A stretch of 33,851 nt of DNA, from IMG/VR virus record IMGVR_UViG_3300025276_000015; one strand, 5' to 3'. Of the stretch, positions 24,956 to 31,219 are shown piece by piece. Position 1 is the first letter of the stretch; each line of letters starts with the position of its first letter. A program made the position numbers and the translations under genes. Under the pieces are notes generated by a model. It worked only from the letters and a program-made list of their open reading frames with translations. It did not search any database and was not told the origin of the DNA. The stretch is from a virus.

Positions 24956-24988
24956 TCTAGTCTCATTCATTCTTGACGGAATCTAAAA

Positions 24989-25561
24989 ATGGAAAAACAT
25001 CACTTCTGGACGGCTTTTTTTGCCGCACAATCAAACTTCACCTCTCCTAAGAAATCAGGCATTAACGGCTTTGCCAATGGTCACAAGTACCACAAGCTAG
25101 AAGACCTGTTGCCTGCTGTTTACACAGTCTTATCTGAGCAAGATATCTTCTTTCGCTTTGAAGACATCAACTGTGATGAAACCGCTGGTACTAGAATATG
25201 GATGCAACATATGCCTAGCGGTCAGCAGTTTACTCAGGACTGTTTGGTAGACAAAAAGTTGCGTGACGCGCAAGCCTGTGGCGGCTGCTACACCTACGCT
25301 AAGCGCTATCTTCTTTGCAGTCTGTTTCTCGTATCAGATCCGAAGTTAGATGATGATGCTGACCGCGCCACTAACGGTGACCGCAAGCAAAAGCCAAAGA
25401 TAGCTTCTGACTCTCGCATAGCTAAGATTAAGAAAGACCTCGCAGAGATTAAGATTACCGAAGAGCGAGCGTTGAAACTTGTAGGAGCTGAGACTTGGAT
25501 ACTGAGTCTTGATCAGGCTGACCAGCTTGAAATGGCTATTATCAACAAGAAGGCTCAATGA
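24989..25561 (+). CDS. erf: ERF-family single-strand annealing protein
   Basis: 190 aa. The N-terminal pattern FANGHKYHKLEDLLPAV and the GGCYTYAKRYLLCSLFLVSDPKLDDDAD block parallel P22 Erf (FGKYKYRSCEDILEGV; GATSSYARKYCLNGLFGIDD). Confidence 0.7.
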   Translation: MEKHHFWTAFFAAQSNFTSPKKSGINGFANGHKYHKLEDLLPAVYTVLSEQDIFFRFEDINCDETAGTRIWMQHMPSGQQFTQDCLVDKKLRDAQACGGCYTYAKRYLLCSLFLVSDPKLDDDADRATNGDRKQKPKIASDSRIAKIKKDLAEIKITEERALKLVGAETWILSLDQADQLEMAIINKKAQ

Positions 25562-25833
25562 ATAAGACCGAAACAACCTGCGATGTCTGCGCGAAGTCTA
25601 AACCGCGCAGCAATCGCTGGTGCAAAGAGTGTATAGCTTTGCATTGTTTCGCTAATTCTTTATGGAGAATACGTCATGACCAAAGTGATTTACTGCCAGC
25701 AAGGAACGCCAGAATGGCATCAGGCCCGATGCGGTTATATCAGCGCCTCAAATATGAAATCTTTGTTTACGAGCCGAGGCGAGAAGACAGCATCAGGCGT
25801 GAGAGAGACTTACCTGAATCAAGTGATAGCTGA
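25558..25833 (+). CDS. Possible small zinc-ribbon ORF overlapping the exonuclease gene (doubtful)
   Basis: Its ATG overlaps the erf stop (ATGA). The N-terminal 40 aa carry CDVC-x11-CKEC. The last 158 nt overlap the well-supported exonuclease frame and read as low-quality Arg-rich sequence. Confidence 0.25.
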   Translation: MNKTETTCDVCAKSKPRSNRWCKECIALHCFANSLWRIRHDQSDLLPARNARMASGPMRLYQRLKYEIFVYEPRREDSIRRERDLPESSDS

Positions 25834-26302
25834 ACGCCTAATGGGCAAGCCTATGGATACCTACACCAGCTACGACATGGAGCGTGGCTCTTTGTTAGAA
25901 GAGCAGGCGAGAGCTAACTTTGAGATGTACCTAGACTGTACAGTTCAAGAAGTTGGTTTCCATATGCACGATGATCATGACATAGGATGCTCGCCAGACG
26001 GCCTATTTGCCGACACAGGAGTTGAAATCAAGTGTCCTAAGGCAAACACTCACGTTAGGTATATGCGCTCCAAAAAGCTGCCTTCTGAGTACATCCAACA
26101 GGTTCAAGGCACGATGTACGTCATGAACCTAGATCGGTATTACTTCATGTCTTATCACCCAGACCTGAAGCCAATAATTATTGAAGTCAAACGCGATAAT
26201 GAACTAATAGACAAAGCTGCCGAAATACTTATAGCAGCCGCCAACATTGTTAAAACTGAAACGGAGAAGTTAAATGAGCAACGCATTCAAAACCCTAACT
26301 AG
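25676..26302 (+). CDS. YqaJ-type (lambda-exonuclease-like, PD-(D/E)xK) recombination exonuclease
   Basis: 208 aa. QQGTPEWHQARCGYISASNM is the YqaJ N-terminal signature. SPDGLFADTGVEIKCP carries the D...ExK catalytic motif. GGAGAA SD lies 6 nt upstream. Confidence 0.75.
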   Translation: MTKVIYCQQGTPEWHQARCGYISASNMKSLFTSRGEKTASGVRETYLNQVIAERLMGKPMDTYTSYDMERGSLLEEQARANFEMYLDCTVQEVGFHMHDDHDIGCSPDGLFADTGVEIKCPKANTHVRYMRSKKLPSEYIQQVQGTMYVMNLDRYYFMSYHPDLKPIIIEVKRDNELIDKAAEILIAAANIVKTETEKLNEQRIQNPN

Positions 26303-26555
26303 CGTCAATAAGTCTACATATGATGACGGATACTACGGTCAAATTGATCCAGCAGTCCTGCGAGAGCTTGTGACAGCTCTGGACAACGGTCAGGTGTCAC
26401 TCAACAAAGGCGGCAAGATAGCCTTGAAAGGTTGGAAGAACACGCCTGAAGGCGGCGGTGAGCCTTACATCTCAATGAAGTGGTCAGCTCCTATGAGCAG
26501 CGCTCCAGCAGCTCCAGCAGCAGCTCCATCTAGTTTTGAGGACATACCATTCTAA
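26274..26555 (+). CDS. Small protein with an SSB-like Pro/Ala linker and C-terminal FEDIPF tip (compact SSB or SSB-tip mimic)
   Basis: 93 aa, ending ...SAPMSSAPAAPAAAPSSFEDIPF* (FEDIPF at 26535..26552). E. coli SSB ends DDDIPF. GGAG SD lies 7 nt upstream. Confidence 0.5.
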   Translation: MSNAFKTLTSVNKSTYDDGYYGQIDPAVLRELVTALDNGQVSLNKGGKIALKGWKNTPEGGGEPYISMKWSAPMSSAPAAPAAAPSSFEDIPF

Positions 26556-26794
26556 TGAAGGTAATCAATCTTAAAGAAGAAGGCATCAAGAGAGTAGCAT
26601 CGCGCAGCAAGTATGTTGTGCGATGGCTTGATATAGATGAGAGCGAAGCTCTGTCGTTTGACGACTACGATGACATGAGGATTGCCTACCACTCAATTAG
26701 CAGCTTCTTGCGAAAGAACAAGGATCTTTACAAGGTGAAGCAATTTTCAGATCAAGGAGCAAGACGCTACTTAATCTTAAAGGTGCGCGAATGA
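26555..26794 (+). CDS. Hypothetical protein
   Basis: 79-aa ORF with a TAATG overlap to the upstream gene and an ATGA overlap to the downstream gene. Confidence 0.35.
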   Translation: MKVINLKEEGIKRVASRSKYVVRWLDIDESEALSFDDYDDMRIAYHSISSFLRKNKDLYKVKQFSDQGARRYLILKVRE

Positions 26795-27210
26795 AGATAA
26801 CTGCGGCAGATACTATGTTTAGTAAATGCGTCAGATCCAGAACTAACTGGTGCTGCGAAGCCTGCGGCACACAGTATGAGGAAGGATCGCAAGGACTCCA
26901 TTGTAGCCATTACTTTGGACGCAGAGCCTACGCTGTACGCTTTGATCCGATGAACGCCTTTGCCCATTGCTTTGGCTGTCACCAGAAGCTAGGCAGCAAT
27001 CCTGATGACTTCCAACGCTGGGCTGAGGCTCATTTAGGCGAACAGGCTATTGGTATCCTGCGTGAGAAGCGCGAAAACATTAGCCTTGCTAAAGACTATA
27101 AAAAGAACCTCAAGGATGTTGCCAAGCACTACCGTGAGCAATTTGCACTAATCCAAACAGCGCGAGCAGAAGGCAATGACGGACGAATCGAATTCATTGG
27201 ATATATTTGA
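26791..27210 (+). CDS. ninG: NinG/Rap-like recombination endonuclease
   Basis: 139 aa. FSKCVRSRTNWCCEACG....LHCSHYFGRRAYAVRFDPMNAFAHCFGCH matches the NinG Cys/His pattern (iR.RD..C..CG....GHy.sr....lrFd..N...QC..CN). Confidence 0.6.
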   Translation: MKITAADTMFSKCVRSRTNWCCEACGTQYEEGSQGLHCSHYFGRRAYAVRFDPMNAFAHCFGCHQKLGSNPDDFQRWAEAHLGEQAIGILREKRENISLAKDYKKNLKDVAKHYREQFALIQTARAEGNDGRIEFIGYI

Positions 27211-27640
27211 TATGAGTATAAATGAAGGCCAGCACTGGATAGTTAATTCAGACCACGCTATGAAGATGTTCAAAGAGCATATTGACGAGTTGTATGCTAA
27301 GGACAAGTACCTCGTAATCAAATGGGCTACTGGCAAGCAGCGCAGCTTGAAGCAGAACTCCGCGCTCCACGTTTGGTGTCAACTAATGGCTGATGAACTC
27401 AATGCCGCTGGCTTAGGAATGGAGAAGGTCTTAGAGCATAAGGCATCTATTGATTGGACTATGGGAGGAGTTAAGGAACACCTCTGGAAGCCTGTGCAGG
27501 AAGCTATGACAGGCAAGGACTCTACCTCCAGCGCAGAAAAGCTAGACTACGTTAAGGTCTATGAGACTTTAAACCGTCACTTCGGTGACAAGATGGGCAT
27601 TCATGTGCCGTGGCCTACCTTTGAAAACAGCAATACTTGA
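27176..27640 (+). CDS. ninB: NinB/Orf-like recombination mediator
   Basis: 154 aa. The pattern ..VIKWATGKQRSLKQNSALHVWCQLMADEL... W....K..W .... resembles lambda NinB (ERNRSLDQNRKLWACLGDVS...). An alternative start at 27212 lies 1 nt after the ninG stop. Confidence 0.5.
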   Translation: MTDESNSLDIFDMSINEGQHWIVNSDHAMKMFKEHIDELYAKDKYLVIKWATGKQRSLKQNSALHVWCQLMADELNAAGLGMEKVLEHKASIDWTMGGVKEHLWKPVQEAMTGKDSTSSAEKLDYVKVYETLNRHFGDKMGIHVPWPTFENSNT

Positions 27641-28139
27641 TATAGATCCGCTGTGGCACGAAATAGCCGCCGATAGTCCTGAATCGCTTAATGGACGATC
27701 TGTTAATAAACACTCGTATGCCACTGGCGTTATAGGCGAATTGGCTGTATCTCAGGCGCTGGCAAGCCTTGGGATGACTTACAGCCATGATGATACCTAT
27801 GACTACGATTTCCTTGTAAATGGCGTAAAATTAGACGTAAAGAGCAGTGCGTCTAGGTTCTCCAGAGTAGGAGAAAACAACAGCACATTACTTACCAGCT
27901 ATTTAAAGAATCAAGACTGCGATGCCTATGCTTTTGCTTCTGTGTCTTATACTGAGAATTTAGTATACATAATGGGCATTTGCGCTAAGTTCTGGTTCTG
28001 GCAGACAGAGTGTGCAAAAGACTACAAAGCAGGCGAGAAAATATCCGTAAGAAAGATAAAACAAGATGCTAGAATATTAAAATATAAGCATTTGACCAGT
28101 ATCTACGATTTGCCGTTGCTCTTGGAGGCGCTGAAATGA
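27585..28139 (+). CDS. Putative PD-(D/E)xK-fold nuclease-like protein
   Basis: 184 aa. IGELAVSQAL... YDYDFLVNGVKLDVKSS gives an E...D...(D)xK arrangement. Alternative start at 27603. No family recognised. Confidence 0.3.
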   Translation: MTRWAFMCRGLPLKTAILDIDPLWHEIAADSPESLNGRSVNKHSYATGVIGELAVSQALASLGMTYSHDDTYDYDFLVNGVKLDVKSSASRFSRVGENNSTLLTSYLKNQDCDAYAFASVSYTENLVYIMGICAKFWFWQTECAKDYKAGEKISVRKIKQDARILKYKHLTSIYDLPLLLEALK

Positions 28140-28351
28140 AGCGATTAGACTTTAATATCAAAAGCAACGAACAAATAGAAGAATGGCTTGAGGAAATAGA
28201 AGGAAGAATGTCTGAGAATGATTTGAACTACATAGCTACTATTGCTTTTAACTTAGCTAATATGGATGAGTTTATATTTAGCAATGATGAGGTCTGTGAT
28301 AAATTTTTAAATTATCAAACAACGCATTACTATGGAGGCTTGCTCCATTAA
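28136..28351 (+). CDS. Hypothetical acidic protein, last gene of the rightward operon
   Basis: 71-aa ORF with an ATGA overlap to the upstream gene. Confidence 0.35.
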   Translation: MKRLDFNIKSNEQIEEWLEEIEGRMSENDLNYIATIAFNLANMDEFIFSNDEVCDKFLNYQTTHYYGGLLH

Positions 28352-28770
28352 ATATACGAACCAGTTTCTATCATCTCAGCTAACTCAATAGCTCGCTTAC
28401 CTGTCTGTTTTGCGAAATTGCTGTCTAGCATTTGAATAGCCGCCTCTTTGTAATCAGCTATTTCAAAGGCTGCAATCATTTTGTGAAACGCACGAAATCT
28501 AGTAGCGCCCAAGCAAAAAAACGCATCTATCACTGCCTCAGTTCTAACTTCATCTAAGTCGCCAAACCAGACATATTCTTTGTTGATCTCTTTAACGCAT
28601 CTTACAATGTCATTAGACAAAAGAAAGTCTACTTCATCAGGAGAGATTCCTAGACCGCCTCTTGCATCCACGTTGCGACCAACTCCGATTGTCTGTCTGT
28701 TGGCTGAACACAAATAAACGTGCGTCTCAACGCCTTCATGTCTCTTGAGCATTTTAATTAGCTTGTCCAT
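28348..28770 (-). CDS. Endolysin, T4-lysozyme-like (GH24) muramidase
   Basis: 140 aa. LKRHEGVETHVYLCSANRQTIGVGRN fits the E-x8-[DC]-x5-T catalytic signature and the TIG.G motif. Confidence 0.8.
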   Translation of the reverse strand: MDKLIKMLKRHEGVETHVYLCSANRQTIGVGRNVDARGGLGISPDEVDFLLSNDIVRCVKEINKEYVWFGDLDEVRTEAVIDAFFCLGATRFRAFHKMIAAFEIADYKEAAIQMLDSNFAKQTGKRAIELAEMIETGSYI

Positions 28771-29156
28771 TATCTTTCTCTGCTCACACCTTTTGTTTTC
28801 TCAAATGTACGCATAGCTCCAAGTCCCAGCATACCCATTAAGACAGTAGTTAAAAGCGATGTGTCTACTTCAGGGACAGTAACCCAGATACCTAAAATTG
28901 GAGATATTATTGTTGAATACAGTAAGGCAAGTCCACATATCCAGCCGATTGCTGGCCTCCAGCCTGCAATAAAGATGCTTTTGTGAGCAGCTTCGACCTT
29001 GTTAATTTCTAGCTGTGCTTTGACTTGCTCGTTCGTATGACGAGCTGCCATAGTCGCAATGTCATGCGCTAACTTTTCTTTCAGATCTTTATCGGGTATT
29101 ACCTTGTCTAATAAGTCAGACACTGGCCCAATAAGCGATCCTAACATTGCCAACAT
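28770..29156 (-). CDS. Holin (3-TM, GTA-holin-like family)
   Basis: 128 aa. N-terminal ..LLDKVIPDKDLKEKLAHDI.., then FIAGWRPAIGWICGLALLY and further hydrophobic helices. Directly upstream of the endolysin with a 1-nt overlap. Confidence 0.6.
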   Translation of the reverse strand: MLAMLGSLIGPVSDLLDKVIPDKDLKEKLAHDIATMAARHTNEQVKAQLEINKVEAAHKSIFIAGWRPAIGWICGLALLYSTIISPILGIWVTVPEVDTSLLTTVLMGMLGLGAMRTFEKTKGVSRER

Positions 29157-29279
29157 TTAAGCCACCGCAAACACGATAAGAAAAAAAACAGCCAGCAATA
29201 TGGCAATAGTAGCTTGCTCATCAGTTGCGCTCATGAATTTAGCCTTGGCAAACTTTCCTATTACTTTAACGTATCTCAT
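29157..29279 (-). CDS. Small membrane protein (40 aa) in the lysis cassette
   Basis: Hand translation: MRYVKVIGKFAKAKFMSATDEQATIAILLAVFFLIVFAVA*. AAGGAG lies 5 nt upstream of the ATG. The C-terminus is a TM helix. Confidence 0.45.
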   Translation of the reverse strand: MRYVKVIGKFAKAKFMSATDEQATIAILLAVFFLIVFAVA

Positions 29280-29288
29280 AGTAGCTCC

Positions 29289-29510
29289 TTATTTGTCAGC
29301 TTTAGTGTCAAGTCGTTTAAAGATAGCGCCAAGCATCTCTTTGATTTCGCGTATGTCATCACGGTAATCCTCTTTCGCTACATACATTATAGGTATAGAT
29401 TTCATGTCAGCATCAATTCTATCTAGTAATGCAAAGACTCGGTTCACTAACCAACCGACAACAAATCCTGCGAGTGCTATTGTGACGTTAAACATAACTT
29501 GATAATCCAT
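29289..29510 (-). CDS. N-terminally membrane-anchored protein (candidate i-spanin, antiholin or other lysis accessory)
   Basis: 73 aa. TM helix (FNVTIALAGFVVGWLVNRVF), then a charged helical tail. First gene of the lysis cluster. Confidence 0.35.
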   Translation of the reverse strand: MDYQVMFNVTIALAGFVVGWLVNRVFALLDRIDADMKSIPIMYVAKEDYRDDIREIKEMLGAIFKRLDTKADK

Positions 29511-29517
29511 ACTACAC

Positions 29518-30705
29518 CTATAATGTCAGGTCAGGAACTTTGCGCGAGTTTCTGATTTTGTAAATGTGACGAAGCGCCTCTCCTCCATCACGATGAAAAG
29601 TGATCTGCGTCATTACGCTAGATGCGGAATAGCCGTGACTTGCGTGGTAAGAGTCAGGAGGAGCTAACGTCCCGAAACTTTCCACGAAAACACCATTATC
29701 AGTCTCTATCGCGTTCTGATGATGAATATGTCCTACTAGCCACTTTCGGTAGTTAGTAGAAGACCATTGCTCAGGTAACATCCTTGGCAAGATAGCTGCG
29801 AGTTTAGGCGCTTTAATTTTGTCAGCGTGATGTACCGCCAATAATGTTTCCCCAAATTTGAGTGTATGAAAAAATCCGTGAGGATCTAATATGTTAACTC
29901 TTTTCTCTTTCTGGTAATAAAACTTTAGTATTAAAGCTAAAGCAATAGCCGTGTCCGAATCGTGGTTACCACGAGCCATAATTACAGAGACGTTTTTGTG
30001 CTTAGCAAGCATCTTCTCAATAGCGAAAATAAACGTCTGAGCCGCAGTCTCTAGCACCACTTCGATTCGAGTGTCTACGTCTAACCTAGTGCCGCCAAAA
30101 GTAGTTCCTGCCGATCCGTTAGCGTGTATAAAATCGCCCACGTTTACCAGCAAGGAATGCTCAGAAGCTGTAGATACATCTACAAGATAGTCTATGGCCT
30201 CAAGATGAGAATTAGCCGCTATCTTAGTATCGTAGTCCTGCTCCTTAGTCTCTCTCGCGTCAGCCCTCATACCAAAGTGTGCGTCACCTATTATTATCGT
30301 AGGCAATAAATCAGAAGCAAACTTCTTTATCTTTGGTTTGGCTTTTGGTTTGTACGGTGTAACGCCTTTAACCAAACCGTCAACAAAACCTTGCAGTGCT
30401 TTATCTCGCGCTGCCTCGGTCATTGTTCTGCGGGTCTTTAACCACGCCTTCTCGCCATCGTCGGTCGTCGTGTAGATACTACGACCGATAACTATTTCGC
30501 CTTCAGGAACATGACGACTAGCATCCCAGTTGTCAGAGTAACCCGCAGCAGATGCCTTGCTCCTAACAGCGGTAACGTGATCTCGAAGCGTTGACGGCGA
30601 AATATTAAGTATTCCCGCCGCTCGCGCACCATTCCGACCGCAGTCTTCCCAGACTTGTATTGCTTCGCGCTGTCGTTCTGTCTTTGCGTAATCAACTAGA
30701 CTCAT
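29518..30705 (-). CDS. HTH domain fused to a calcineurin-like metallophosphoesterase (SbcD/Mre11-like motif set)
   Basis: 395 aa. N-terminal LuxR/sigma-r4-like HTH (RQREAIQVWEDCGRNGARAAGILNISPSTLRDHV). Metallophosphoesterase motifs: IIGDAHFG, VGDFIH, ARGNHD, VGHIHH. Confidence 0.65.
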   Translation of the reverse strand: MSLVDYAKTERQREAIQVWEDCGRNGARAAGILNISPSTLRDHVTAVRSKASAAGYSDNWDASRHVPEGEIVIGRSIYTTTDDGEKAWLKTRRTMTEAARDKALQGFVDGLVKGVTPYKPKAKPKIKKFASDLLPTIIIGDAHFGMRADARETKEQDYDTKIAANSHLEAIDYLVDVSTASEHSLLVNVGDFIHANGSAGTTFGGTRLDVDTRIEVVLETAAQTFIFAIEKMLAKHKNVSVIMARGNHDSDTAIALALILKFYYQKEKRVNILDPHGFFHTLKFGETLLAVHHADKIKAPKLAAILPRMLPEQWSSTNYRKWLVGHIHHQNAIETDNGVFVESFGTLAPPDSYHASHGYSASSVMTQITFHRDGGEALRHIYKIRNSRKVPDLTL

Positions 30706-31211
30706 TAAACGACTTCTGACACAAGTTCTTTAGGCCAAGTAACTTCGTTAGGAAAGCCTTCTTGCGCCGTGATGTCACGCAACGCTTGTCGGTAGGTAGC
30801 CATATTATCAGCCATCGTTACGTCAGACATTCCTGTCCAATCAGTCTCAGCAAGTTTGGCATCTCTGGTAGTTCGTACACCTGCCGCAGCATCAGCATCA
30901 AGCCTAGCCTGATAAGCCGTCTCATGTTCTGCCTTAGTAGTAGTAACGCCATCTTCTGTAGTGTCGGCAAACATATCTGTCTCAACGTAAGCCTCTACCC
31001 AGTTGTTGTTAGCGTCCTGCACTGCACCGTTGCGACCTACCTGTTTGTAGGCTGCGCTTGCTTCGGGCTTGGGTGCTGCGAGTACAGGGTCAACGCCTAA
31101 GAACGCGCAAGTGTCTGCGTCCCAAACTCGTGGCAGTGATGTGTTGCTGTGCATTCTCCTGACTTCGCCTTGATTTTTGACTTCGCCAGTTGCTTGAATA
31201 CGAAATTCCAT
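30705..31211 (-). CDS. Tail-fibre assembly chaperone-like protein
   Basis: 168 aa. C-terminal RTTRDAKLAETDW.......MATYRQALRDITAQEGFPNEVTWP matches the R..R..lL..tDW....w..YRqaLRDi....gfP....WP pattern of fibre-assembly/DUF4376-type proteins. Lies directly downstream of fibre-type genes. Confidence 0.45.
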   Translation of the reverse strand: MEFRIQATGEVKNQGEVRRMHSNTSLPRVWDADTCAFLGVDPVLAAPKPEASAAYKQVGRNGAVQDANNNWVEAYVETDMFADTTEDGVTTTKAEHETAYQARLDADAAAGVRTTRDAKLAETDWTGMSDVTMADNMATYRQALRDITAQEGFPNEVTWPKELVSEVV

Positions 31212-31219
31212 TATGTCAC

